DNA from: Deltaproteobacteria bacterium RBG_16_49_23
GTDB lineage: Bacteria > Desulfobacterota > BSN033 > UBA1163
DNA: 64,000 nt
Assembly (NCBI GenBank): GCA_001798855.1
Contig: MGQQ01000025.1
Coordinates: 1,740-65,739, forward strand
Direction of reading: 5' to 3'
The notes beneath the pieces are model-generated. The model saw only the letters and a program-made list of their open reading frames with translations. It did no database searches and was not told the DNA's origin. Positions within the stretch are counted from its first letter, which is position 1. Each line of letters begins with the position of its first letter. Below are positions 33,501-42,456 of this stretch, piece by piece. The translations under genes and the position numbers were made by a program.

Positions 33501-33713
33501 ATGGCGGAGCCAAGAGTTGCAAGGGTAACAGAGATTATTTCAAGTTCTCCTAAGGGATTTGATGAGGCTGTCAAGATCGGGTTTGCGAGAGCAACAAAGA
33601 CCTTGAGGGGGATCACGGGACTTCGGGTTGTTGATTTCCGGGTGGCTGTGGAGAATTCAAAGATTACTGAATATCGTGTAAGAATGGAAGTCATCTTCGT
33701 CCTCGAAACATAA
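33501..33713 (+). CDS. Dodecin family flavin-binding protein
   Basis: ~70 aa; RVARVTEIISSSPKGFDEAVKIGFARATKTLRGITGLRVVDFRVAVENSKITEYRVRMEVIFVLE matches dodecin fold consensus; AGGAGG RBS 7 nt upstream of ATG 33501. Confidence 0.8.
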   Translation: MAEPRVARVTEIISSSPKGFDEAVKIGFARATKTLRGITGLRVVDFRVAVENSKITEYRVRMEVIFVLET

Positions 33714-33769
33714 AGCATTCATTCTTCCTCGCCTACGCTGATGCCTTAGCGTAAGCAGGTAAACCCCAT

Positions 33770-33814
33770 TAGAATAATTCCAGCGGGGTATTAAACTCCG
33801 CTGGAATTATTCTA
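33770..33814 (+). terminator. Perfect 17-bp stem hairpin downstream of dodecin (weak U-tract)
   Basis: tagaataattccagcgg-ggtattaaact-ccgctggaattattcta. Confidence 0.4.
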
Positions 33815-33913
33815 AAATGTTACCTCGCTGCAGCCTCCGCCCCAGAGGGGCTTCTGCCCCGGAGGGAGGGCCCCTGGCCCGGAGGGAGCAGTGGTCCATT
33901 ATTTCTAACGGGG

Positions 33914-33972
33914 TAAAAAAGCCCTTTCCTTTTCCAAGTCGCATCGACTTGTCCGGGTTAGGGCTTTTTTTC
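33914..33972. terminator. Bidirectional rho-independent terminator between dodecin(+) and hldE(-)
   Basis: aaaaaagccct..(loop)..agggcttttttt: A-run/stem/T-run readable on both strands. Confidence 0.55.
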
Positions 33973-33982
33973 GAGCTTCACT

Positions 33983-34963
33983 CTATTTCAAGCGGGGCTT
34001 CTCCTTCATGACCTTTGCCAATTCTTCCTGACCAACCGTCGCTGTTCCCACCTTTCCAACCACAATCCCGGCCGCATGATTGGCAAGCTCCGCCGCCCTT
34101 CTAATGTTGGCTCCTGCTCCCAAGGCAAGAGCCATCGTTCCGATCACCGTATCGCCGGCGCCGGTCACATCATACACCTCCCTTGCCTCGGTCGGCACAA
34201 GAAGAGGCTTCCGATGAGGTTCAAAGATGGCCATCCCATCTTCTCCCCGTGTAATCACCAGCGCATCACATTTCAACCTTTTTAAAAGAGTCCTGCCCGC
34301 CCTATCCAAGGAGGTTTCATCCGTGATGGATATCCTCGAGGCGGAACTCGCCTCCGCTGTATTGGGTGTCACGACGGTGGCTCCTCTGTAAAAAAAGAAA
34401 TTTTTAATCTTCGGGTCGACCATCACAAACTTTCCTGCCTCCCCTGCCTTCCGGATGACATTCCTCACCAGACTTCTTGTTAGCAGACCTTTTCCGTAAT
34501 CGGAAAGGATGATTCCATCAAAACTCTTTGTCTTCTGTTTCAAATAGCCGGAGAAGCTTCGAAGTGTGGAAACCTTCGGGCGCTGGGTTGTCTCCCGGTC
34601 GATTCGAACCAGTTGCTGGTGGTGGGCGATAATCCGGGTCTTGACCGTCGTCTGCCTTCCCGGTTCAACGGATATCCCACTGCGATCAACTCCCATCTCG
34701 CCCAGTCTTTGAATGACCTTCCGGCCCATCTCGTCATCGCCTACAACGCCGCAGAGGGAAGCTTTCCCTCCGAGGGAATGGATATTATTCACCACATTGG
34801 CCGCTCCTCCGAGGAGAAAGGTCTCCCTCTCCACCACCACCACGGGAACAGGAGCCTCAGGGGAGATTCGGGAGACATCTCCCCAGATGAACCGGTCCAA
34901 CATGATATCACCCACGACGAGAATCCTTACCCCCGAAAACCTCCTGATGATCTTTTCAAACAT
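33983..34963 (-). CDS. hldE: D-glycero-beta-D-manno-heptose-7-phosphate kinase (RfaE domain I / HldE kinase domain only)
   Basis: 326 aa PfkB-family; RILVVGDIMLDRFIWGDVSRISPEAPVPVV; no fused adenylyltransferase domain. Confidence 0.85.
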   Translation of the reverse strand: MFEKIIRRFSGVRILVVGDIMLDRFIWGDVSRISPEAPVPVVVVERETFLLGGAANVVNNIHSLGGKASLCGVVGDDEMGRKVIQRLGEMGVDRSGISVEPGRQTTVKTRIIAHHQQLVRIDRETTQRPKVSTLRSFSGYLKQKTKSFDGIILSDYGKGLLTRSLVRNVIRKAGEAGKFVMVDPKIKNFFFYRGATVVTPNTAEASSASRISITDETSLDRAGRTLLKRLKCDALVITRGEDGMAIFEPHRKPLLVPTEAREVYDVTGAGDTVIGTMALALGAGANIRRAAELANHAAGIVVGKVGTATVGQEELAKVMKEKPRLK

Positions 34964-35017
34964 TCTCTATCCCTCTATCCATCTACTGACCATTGATAAT
35001 TGGTAATTGACTATTGA

Positions 35018-35959
35018 TCATTTCATGTTTTTAAAGAATTCCACCGTTCTACTAAGCCCTTCCTCAATTCCAACTTTCGGATCATAATTCAATACTGCTT
35101 TCGCCCGCTTGATGTCGGCCAGCGAGTGTCTGACATCTCCTTTTCTGGGTTCCTCATAGAGAGGCGACACATGGGAGCCAATAATATCCTGAAGAATCTT
35201 TAATAACTGATTTAAAGATACCCTCCTGCCACAGGCAACATTGACCGTTTCTCCCCGGGTGCGCTCTGCAACCATTGCCAGAAGATTGGCGTGAACGACA
35301 TTGTCGATATAGGTGAAGTCCCGGGATTGCTCCCCATCGCCGAAGATAACCGGAGGGCGATTCGAGACCAGAGCATCGATAAACCTCGGAATAACAGCGG
35401 AATAAAGGGAATTGGGATCCTGTTTCGGACCAAAAATATTGAAATACCTGAAAGAGATCGTCTCCAATCCATAAAGTTGAGAAAAGAGCCGGCAATATTC
35501 CTCCCCGATAAACTTCTGCAATGCATAGGGCGAGAGAGGTTTGGGAACCATTTCCTCTTTCTTGGGCAGAGTCGGGGTATCCCCGTAGGCTGAGGAGGAG
35601 GCTGCATAGATCACTCGTTTCACCCCTGTATCCCTGGCCGCGATGAGAATATTTAAGGTTCCTTCCGCATTCACCTGATGGGTGGTCAGAGGATCTTCGA
35701 CCGACCGTTGAACCGATGGCAGGGCTGCCTGGTGAAAAACATATTCGATGCCCTCCATGGCCCTCTGGCAGGAGGTCATGTCGCAGATGTCTCGTTCGAC
35801 AACCTCAAGGAAGGGATAAACTTCACCAAAGACTAAATTCTCCCTCTTCCCTGTTGAAAAATTATCGAGAACGCGAACCTGATGCCCCATCCTGAGCAAT
35901 GCTTCCGTCAGGTTCGACCCGATAAAACCCGCTCCCCCCGTCACCAGCACATATGACAT
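35018..35959 (-). CDS. UDP-GlcNAc/UDP-GlcNAcA C4-epimerase (WbpP/TviC/CapD-like extended SDR)
   Basis: VTGGAGFIGSNL..VLDNFSTGK hallmark; YALQK catalytic motif. Confidence 0.7.
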   Translation of the reverse strand: MSYVLVTGGAGFIGSNLTEALLRMGHQVRVLDNFSTGKRENLVFGEVYPFLEVVERDICDMTSCQRAMEGIEYVFHQAALPSVQRSVEDPLTTHQVNAEGTLNILIAARDTGVKRVIYAASSSAYGDTPTLPKKEEMVPKPLSPYALQKFIGEEYCRLFSQLYGLETISFRYFNIFGPKQDPNSLYSAVIPRFIDALVSNRPPVIFGDGEQSRDFTYIDNVVHANLLAMVAERTRGETVNVACGRRVSLNQLLKILQDIIGSHVSPLYEEPRKGDVRHSLADIKRAKAVLNYDPKVGIEEGLSRTVEFFKNMK

Positions 35960-35996
35960 TTTCTCTTCCTCTCAGTGAATAGAATGAAGGCCATCG

Positions 35997-36983
35997 TCAA
36001 TCATGATACCCCTCCGGATGTTTACAGAACCATTGCCAGGCAGTGTCAATGATTGTCCCTAACCCGGGATATTTCTGCGCCCATCCCAACTCTCTCTTAA
36101 TCTTCGCTGAACTCGCTACCAATCGGGAGGGATCCCCGGGTCTCCGCGCTGATTCAATCACCCCAATTCTTTTTCCTGTGACCCGGCTGACAACCTTGAT
36201 CACTTCCTTGACTGAATAACCATTCCCATTCCCAAGATTATAGGCGCCGGCAAACCGGCCCTCTTCTAATTTTTTTAAGGCTAACAGATGGGCATGGGAG
36301 AGGTCACTAACATGGATATAATCACGAATGCATGTTCCATCAGGAGTATCATAATCAGTCCCCAAAATAGGCACGGAGCTATTGTTCAGGGCTGCCCGGA
36401 ACACCATGGGAATGAGGTGAGTCTCCGGACGATGATCTTCTCCTAACTCACCTTCCGGATCAGCTCCTGCCGCATTGAAATACCTTAAGGAGATGGAATT
36501 CATTTTGCCGGTCTTAAAAAGAGTTTGCAGAACCCTCTCAAAGATCCACTTTGTCTCTCCATACGGATTGGTGGGTAAACATGGGTGCTCTTCTGTGATG
36601 GGGATCTCATGAGGCTCGCCATAAACGGCAGCAGAGGACGAAAAGACTATCTTGTTAATGCCAACTTCTTCCATGATTTCAATTAAATGGATGCCTTTCC
36701 TCACATTATTTTTAAAATACTTTACTGGATTCTCAACCGATTCCCCAACCAGGCAATCAGCCGCAAAATGGATGACCGCTTGAATCGGATAAGATTGGAG
36801 AGTCTCTTTGAGTTTCTCCCGATCTGCCAAATCTCCCTTCACAAAGGGAGCATCCCCAATGGCTTTCCGATGGCCTGTCTGGAGATTGTCATAGACGACG
36901 GGTTGATACCCTTGACGTAAGAGTTCTTTGACCACATGGCTCCCGATAAACCCCGCCCCCCCCGTCACCAATATATAGGACAT
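35997..36983 (-). CDS. galE: UDP-glucose 4-epimerase
   Basis: 328 aa; ILVTGGAGFIGSHVV..VYDNLQTGH; YGETKWIFE. Confidence 0.85.
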   Translation of the reverse strand: MSYILVTGGAGFIGSHVVKELLRQGYQPVVYDNLQTGHRKAIGDAPFVKGDLADREKLKETLQSYPIQAVIHFAADCLVGESVENPVKYFKNNVRKGIHLIEIMEEVGINKIVFSSSAAVYGEPHEIPITEEHPCLPTNPYGETKWIFERVLQTLFKTGKMNSISLRYFNAAGADPEGELGEDHRPETHLIPMVFRAALNNSSVPILGTDYDTPDGTCIRDYIHVSDLSHAHLLALKKLEEGRFAGAYNLGNGNGYSVKEVIKVVSRVTGKRIGVIESARRPGDPSRLVASSAKIKRELGWAQKYPGLGTIIDTAWQWFCKHPEGYHD

Positions 36984-37091
36984 TTCCTCTTTCTCTTAGC
37001 GGATATACGGAAATATTTAAAGCATATCTCTTTTATCAGAACCATCTCTCTTTTTCAAGCTTGCATAAGGGAAACCATCCTTTCACCCATT

Positions 37092-37472
37092 TTAATTTGA
37101 ATGGTTTTGTGAAAGGTTGTGGTGACTCCTGAATTCCCTAAGCTCCAGTTCCATAAGGGCATACCTTTGGGCCAGTTCTTTATTTTGACTTGTTAACTTA
37201 GAAATCACCACGGAGAAATGGAGGACGATCAGGAGGAGAAAGGAAAAGGCGATTAAAACCACCGCGGACAAATAGAATATGCCTGTCAACTTAACAAAAA
37301 ACTGGGAGAGGAAAAACTCGGGCCACAAACTAAAAAGCAAGATGACTGCGCCGGTAAAGAGCCAGAGGATGGCATATTCTTCCCGAAGTCTCTTCCGCCT
37401 GATTAGTTCCAAGGTGACCAAGAGCAGAATCATGCTAAGTCCCCCGATAATGATTTGGATCTTGATTAACAT
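37092..37472 (-). CDS. DUF2304-like small membrane protein (partner of polyprenyl-phosphate GT2)
   Basis: 126 aa, 3-4 TM helices then charged C-tail; start overlaps upstream GT2 stop. Confidence 0.55.
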   Translation of the reverse strand: MLIKIQIIIGGLSMILLLVTLELIRRKRLREEYAILWLFTGAVILLFSLWPEFFLSQFFVKLTGIFYLSAVVLIAFSFLLLIVLHFSVVISKLTSQNKELAQRYALMELELREFRSHHNLSQNHSN

Positions 37473-38203
37473 CCTTCTTCCTCCTTTCCTAAACGGGGTG
37501 GTTTTTTAAAATAATCGACAAAGATAGCCAGGAGCACCTTCACCATATAGTAGATAGACCTGAGCTTCGTAATGGAAGATTCCCCGGAATATCTTTCACT
37601 CATCCCCACGGGTACCTCAACCATTTTTAAATGACATTGGTGGAGCAGGACTACGACCTCCGGCTCCGGATAATCTTGTGGGTATTCATACGCAAATAAT
37701 TGAATTGCCTTTCGATTTGCTGCTCTGAATCCCGAGGTGGGATCTGTGATTTTTTGCCTGACAAGGATTGAAATCACTCCGGAGAAGATGGAAATCCCCA
37801 CCCTCCTCATCATCGATGATTTAAATTCCGATTGACCAAGGAATCGTGAACCAATGGCCATATTCAGGTTCTTCTCCTCCAGGGCTTTGAGAAGTTTACC
37901 GATCTCTTTGGGATCATGTTGACCATCCCCATCCACCTGAACGGCGATATCATAGCCCTTCTGAGAAGCATACTGGTAACCGGTCTGCATGGCTCCACCG
38001 ATTCCTAAATTATAGGGGAGATCTAATACAACAGCTCCGGAGACCCTGGCTTTTTCTGAAGTGAGATCCGTTGATCCATCATTCACAATAAGAAGGTCAG
38101 CCTGTGAAAGATGAGTTCTTACTCCCTCGATCACTTTCCCTACAGAGCCTTCTTCATTGTAGGCGGGAATGATTACCAAAACTTTTCCCTTCTCCATAGA
38201 CAA
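37466..38203 (-). CDS. GT2 polyprenyl-phosphate sugar synthase (DPM-synthase/ArnC/GtrB-like)
   Basis: VLVIIPAYNEEGSVGKVIEGV..LLIVNDGSTD; DxD QVDGDGQHD. Confidence 0.8.
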   Translation of the reverse strand: MSMEKGKVLVIIPAYNEEGSVGKVIEGVRTHLSQADLLIVNDGSTDLTSEKARVSGAVVLDLPYNLGIGGAMQTGYQYASQKGYDIAVQVDGDGQHDPKEIGKLLKALEEKNLNMAIGSRFLGQSEFKSSMMRRVGISIFSGVISILVRQKITDPTSGFRAANRKAIQLFAYEYPQDYPEPEVVVLLHQCHLKMVEVPVGMSERYSGESSITKLRSIYYMVKVLLAIFVDYFKKPPRLGKEEEGC

Positions 38204-38524
38204 CTTTTATCAAATTGGTTCCACTTTATCAAGTCAAAAAAGTCCAAATTGGATGAATGACGAGATCAGGAAATCCAAATTGGAAACTTTGTTCTATTCA
38301 ACAACAATTTAAATATTGAAAAGAATCAAAAGCGTTGATGAGATGTTTCCAGCCGTAAAAAGGAGTAATAAATGATACTGGGAAGAGGAGAGGACGGACG
38401 CCTTAAAAAATGTTTCAATGGAACATAGGGACGGGCTGAATGACTTGTTGAGGTTTCATTCGGGTGAAGATCAATATCGAGAAGAAATATGTGAATATCT
38501 CGATCTCCTCGCCAGTGGCTTTTC

Positions 38525-39970
38525 CTATTGCTTGAATACCTTTTTTATAACTCTATTGAAATAATATCCCGGGCTTTTTGTGATCAAATTCAAGGTATCA
38601 ATAGGATTTTTAAGAATAAATTCCTTTACCAACCCAATCTTCATTTTCCTTAATTTTTTCCGACCTTCAAAAAATACTTTTTTAAATTCTCTCCGGTCTA
38701 TATCCTCATCAAGCAGTAAAGGATTTTCTACATTATGAATGCTTAATAGATTCCAATCCATTTTGTTCTTAACCTTTCCCCTCTGTAAGGCTATTTTCCA
38801 AAAAGGGGTAGCCGGAAAAGGCGTGGCAATAAAACTCCAAATATACTTCGCTCGATGTTCAATTGCAAAATCAATAAAATCATTTGTCTTTTTCATATCT
38901 TCAATGGTTTCATTAGGAACTCCATACATCAAACTGCCAAATACCCCAATACCATGTTTTTTACTTAACAAAATGGCATTCTTGTTGATATCGACAGAAG
39001 TGGTATGACATTTTATTTCTTTTAATACCTTATCCGAGCCTGATTCAAAACCAAAATTTAGAGCCGTGATCTTAAGTTCATTTAGGGCTTCACATATCCT
39101 ATCATTCATTAGATCAGTTCTCTGAGTACAGTCAATCGATTGAATATGTTCAAATAAGCCATAGTTCTTAAAAGCGTTTTTAAGAAGACTTAGTCTTCCA
39201 TGACTCACCGCAAACAAATCGTCCAAAAATCCAACTGAATTTACGCCAAGTTCATCTATCGCTTTCCTAATCATTCTGGCTGTATATTCAGCCGAATGAA
39301 ACCGTATCTTGCCCCAAAAATGAGAGGTTGAACAGAAAAGGCATTTATATGGACATCCCCTCGAGCTGATTAAGTGAAGCCTTCTCCCCACATTTGCAGT
39401 CGAAAGATTTTCCATTTTTTGGAAATATATTTTGTCTAATAATTTGAAATCAGGTATGGGTATATCGTCAATATTCTCTATTGGTTCTCTTCTCGGAGTA
39501 AGAAATAACTCCTGTTTGTCAATGGGAAAAATCAACCCTTTGATTCCTTTGAGATCCTGAATTAAAAACTTTCTTTTCTTCGCATATAACAAAACGAGTT
39601 CTTTTAATGTCTCCTCACCTTCTCCCAGAACGCCTAAATCAAAAATGGGGCTAAACGATTCAGGCAATGATGAAATATGAACTCCTCCTATAATAAAAGG
39701 GGCGTTCTGGTCCTGTTTTAATTCTTTAGCGAACTTAATAACTTTACCATAATCTATTGTCATTGAGGTAAATCCAATGATATCTGGGGTAAATATTTTA
39801 ATGCTCTCATTCATATTGGAAGAGGTTCGGTCAAAGATTCTTACATTTTCATGTTCTATCCCCGCTTTCTCTTTTAAATAGGTAGCCAGATATACCAAGC
39901 CGAGGGGCGGTACCTTTTCGGCGTCTTCCTGCAAAGAAATGAATGCAATTTTTAGGTTGTTTCTTTGCAT
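38525..39970 (-). CDS. B12-binding radical SAM protein (class B, methyltransferase-like) inside glycan locus
   Basis: 481 aa; N-terminal B12-binding-like (GGVHISSLPE), SSRGCPYKCLFCS; AT-rich coding. Confidence 0.8.
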   Translation of the reverse strand: MQRNNLKIAFISLQEDAEKVPPLGLVYLATYLKEKAGIEHENVRIFDRTSSNMNESIKIFTPDIIGFTSMTIDYGKVIKFAKELKQDQNAPFIIGGVHISSLPESFSPIFDLGVLGEGEETLKELVLLYAKKRKFLIQDLKGIKGLIFPIDKQELFLTPRREPIENIDDIPIPDFKLLDKIYFQKMENLSTANVGRRLHLISSRGCPYKCLFCSTSHFWGKIRFHSAEYTARMIRKAIDELGVNSVGFLDDLFAVSHGRLSLLKNAFKNYGLFEHIQSIDCTQRTDLMNDRICEALNELKITALNFGFESGSDKVLKEIKCHTTSVDINKNAILLSKKHGIGVFGSLMYGVPNETIEDMKKTNDFIDFAIEHRAKYIWSFIATPFPATPFWKIALQRGKVKNKMDWNLLSIHNVENPLLLDEDIDRREFKKVFFEGRKKLRKMKIGLVKEFILKNPIDTLNLITKSPGYYFNRVIKKVFKQ

Positions 39971-40088
39971 TTTAATACGACATTTCCTAAAATATTGAAT
40001 ACTGGTAATTATAAAGAGACGAGGTTTTACTGTTAATCTCGCATAAATCGGCCCACTTTTATCAAATAAAGTTTTCCTTTATTATGTA

Positions 40089-40736
40089 TTACGCATGGCC
40101 ACTGTCGGGTTGCCGAACGGCTACAATTAAAATGCACATGCCTAAAAAGTAAATTTTTTTTGCCAAGAAATCCGATTTCAGAATGGGAAAGTCCACGGCT
40201 CTGCAGCGCTTGATCTTAAACCCAGCCTTTCTAATACGGCTCATCCAACTCCAGGGGGGAAACGTATTGACATGAAAAGAATCTATTTTAAAGACTCCCG
40301 ATATAATCATGTCGTACCAATTCGGAACAGTCACAATCATTTCCGCCCCCGGTTTGAGGATTCGATATATCTCTTGAAGGAAAGGTGAAAGGTCTTTGAT
40401 ATGTTCAAGGACATCTAAACAAAGACAGGCGTCAAAACGTTCCGCTTGAAAACGAAGTGAGTCCAATTCTCCGCATTCCAACAAAATCTTATGGTCCTTT
40501 CCTATCCGTCTCGTTGTAAATTCAATGGCATGCGAACTGGTGTCAATCCCAACCAGTGTATTGAAACGGTCCTTGAGTTGAACAATGAATTCCCCTGTTC
40601 CACAACCAATGTCGATCAAAGATCCCCCTCCCCTGACATTGTTTAAAATAAGTTGCATCTTTTTATGCATAAGATGAGAGGGGTTTTTGTAAATCAGATC
40701 AAGCTTCTCATAATATTTGTTATTGGGGATTTTCAT
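40089..40736 (-). CDS. Class I SAM-dependent methyltransferase
   Basis: LIDIGCGTGEF motif I; LDVLEHI. Confidence 0.75.
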   Translation of the reverse strand: MKIPNNKYYEKLDLIYKNPSHLMHKKMQLILNNVRGGGSLIDIGCGTGEFIVQLKDRFNTLVGIDTSSHAIEFTTRRIGKDHKILLECGELDSLRFQAERFDACLCLDVLEHIKDLSPFLQEIYRILKPGAEMIVTVPNWYDMIISGVFKIDSFHVNTFPPWSWMSRIRKAGFKIKRCRAVDFPILKSDFLAKKIYFLGMCILIVAVRQPDSGHA

Positions 40737-40810
40737 CGATGCGAAATCCTGTCTCCAACAATAAATATTTTATGAAGATATTGGGCTCCCATTAGAAGTT
40801 CATTGTTTAA

Positions 40811-41494
40811 TTACTGTTTTCTCCCGGCAAAGTAACAATATCCTGAAAAAGCATTGATAAGCCTAAATCTGGACAAAACCTTCTCGCCGATGGAGGTTAA
40901 TTGATAGAGGGTTTTACCCATTCCATAAATGGTCATGCCCTGTTTCGAAATCTTAAAACTCCCAATCCCCGATTCTTTGAAGATTCTCTTCAGGTTTCTC
41001 TCCCTGATTCGATAGGATCCTTTTTCTACCCTCCAGTTTCGGTAAACAATGCTCATCATATAGACAAAGGGACACCATCCATTATTCTCTCCAGCAAAAC
41101 CAATGTAGCCCCCGTTTTTAAGGACACGAGAAGCTTCCGAAACTCCCTTTTGGATAACGGCCAAATGGTGAAGTATTCCAAATCCGTACACCAGGTCAAA
41201 CGTGTGATCCTTGAAAGGAAGAAACTCCATATCAGCGACTACCCCTTGCCTACCCTTCCTAATGATGGAGCGAATATTTTCAAACGAAATATCTATTCCA
41301 ATGGAAGGGCCAAAAATATCTTCCTGTCCCCCTCTCCCGCATCCACAGTTGAGACTTAATTTAACCTTTCGAACCGGAAATAGTTTCTGCAACCGTTCGA
41401 TATGGGTGCGGGTGCTAAGATTGACAATTTCATCGCCTCCTATTGGGGTTTTATGATCGTACCATCTTTGCTGGGTTAATTTTTGTTTGTCCAT
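40811..41494 (-). CDS. Class I SAM-dependent methyltransferase
   Basis: LNCGCGRGGQ motif I; FGILHHL. Confidence 0.7.
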   Translation of the reverse strand: MDKQKLTQQRWYDHKTPIGGDEIVNLSTRTHIERLQKLFPVRKVKLSLNCGCGRGGQEDIFGPSIGIDISFENIRSIIRKGRQGVVADMEFLPFKDHTFDLVYGFGILHHLAVIQKGVSEASRVLKNGGYIGFAGENNGWCPFVYMMSIVYRNWRVEKGSYRIRERNLKRIFKESGIGSFKISKQGMTIYGMGKTLYQLTSIGEKVLSRFRLINAFSGYCYFAGRKQ

Positions 41495-41497
41495 GGC

Positions 41498-41983
41498 CTA
41501 TTTCTCAATAAATGTCTTGATGATTCCTATGAGGTTTGATCTTCCCTCATTCCCTAACGAAACATATCTTCCCTTGTCTTTCAGGATCTCCTTGATTTTT
41601 TCCTCCAATCGAGTTTCCTCATAAATAACATGAATATGAGCCTCTTTCCGATCCTCTAAGGCTTTGGCAATCTCCATTTGATGGTCAGTCCCGTGTTCAC
41701 CAAACTTTTTCCTTCTTGGGAAAATTATAAGAGGTTTTCCATGCTCCTTGCAAAGGATAATCGTTCCAATCCCGGCATGGGAGATAACCAAATTCGATTT
41801 CTTAATAAATTCGACCGCCTCATCCATTGGAACGAAATCAAAATACCGGGTATGTTGAGGACAGTATTCCGAATATCCTTTCTGTACCACGATGTCATCC
41901 GTAAGGCGGGGAGCGATCTCGTCCACTTTTTTCAGTAAACGGTCAAATCCTTGATAATGATTGCCGACGGTCACAAAAATCAT
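41498..41983 (-). CDS. Alg13-like glycosyltransferase catalytic subunit (PssE/Cps14G/EpsF family, GT28 C-terminal domain)
   Basis: MIFVTVGNHYQGFDRLLKKVDE..; 161 aa. Confidence 0.75.
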   Translation of the reverse strand: MIFVTVGNHYQGFDRLLKKVDEIAPRLTDDIVVQKGYSEYCPQHTRYFDFVPMDEAVEFIKKSNLVISHAGIGTIILCKEHGKPLIIFPRRKKFGEHGTDHQMEIAKALEDRKEAHIHVIYEETRLEEKIKEILKDKGRYVSLGNEGRSNLIGIIKTFIEK

Positions 41984-42438
41984 ATGAGCCCCCCGACATA
42001 TTTTGCCCTGGAGCCATATTGTTTAAGCAAAGGCTCCCACTGGACTAAAAACAGGTCGGTGATGGGATAAACAAATCTCCCGGTCAGAGAAGGGCGGTAA
42101 ACTTGCGCGCTGCATTCCAAATAGATAAGTTTTGCGCGAAAAAGAAACTTCCCGAGGTAGAAAGGAGGCGCAGCGATCTCCGATCCGGTTGAAAATAAGA
42201 CATCTGGCCTCTCTTTCAGAAGGATGATCAATATTTTTATTATTCCAACAATAAAGGCGATGGGGCTTCTCAATATATTGGTCAGGTAATAAGTGTTTCC
42301 ACGATTGGTTGTGGCTTTTTCCCTATACGTAATCAGAAATATTGGATGCCCTTCAAAAGCCTCCCATAATTGAAGGATTTCCGTAAAATGGCCTCCTGGG
42401 GAACAAATGAGGCCGATCTTCTTGCGCTTTTTTAACAT
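41980..42438 (-). CDS. Alg14-like membrane-anchoring subunit (PssD/Cps14F family)
   Basis: 152 aa; IGLICSPGGHFTEILQL; overlaps partner by 4 nt. Confidence 0.7.
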   Translation of the reverse strand: MLKKRKKIGLICSPGGHFTEILQLWEAFEGHPIFLITYREKATTNRGNTYYLTNILRSPIAFIVGIIKILIILLKERPDVLFSTGSEIAAPPFYLGKFLFRAKLIYLECSAQVYRPSLTGRFVYPITDLFLVQWEPLLKQYGSRAKYVGGLI

Positions 42439-42456
42439 TTGAATGGCCTCTGCCTT

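Noticed and set aside
38204-38524. 17-aa mini-ORF (MILGRGEDGRLKKCFNGT) with AGGAG RBS and three ccaaattgga words upstream of the glycan-locus rSAM
   Set aside because: Too short and unconserved to call; region more likely a promoter or operator for the downstream operon segment
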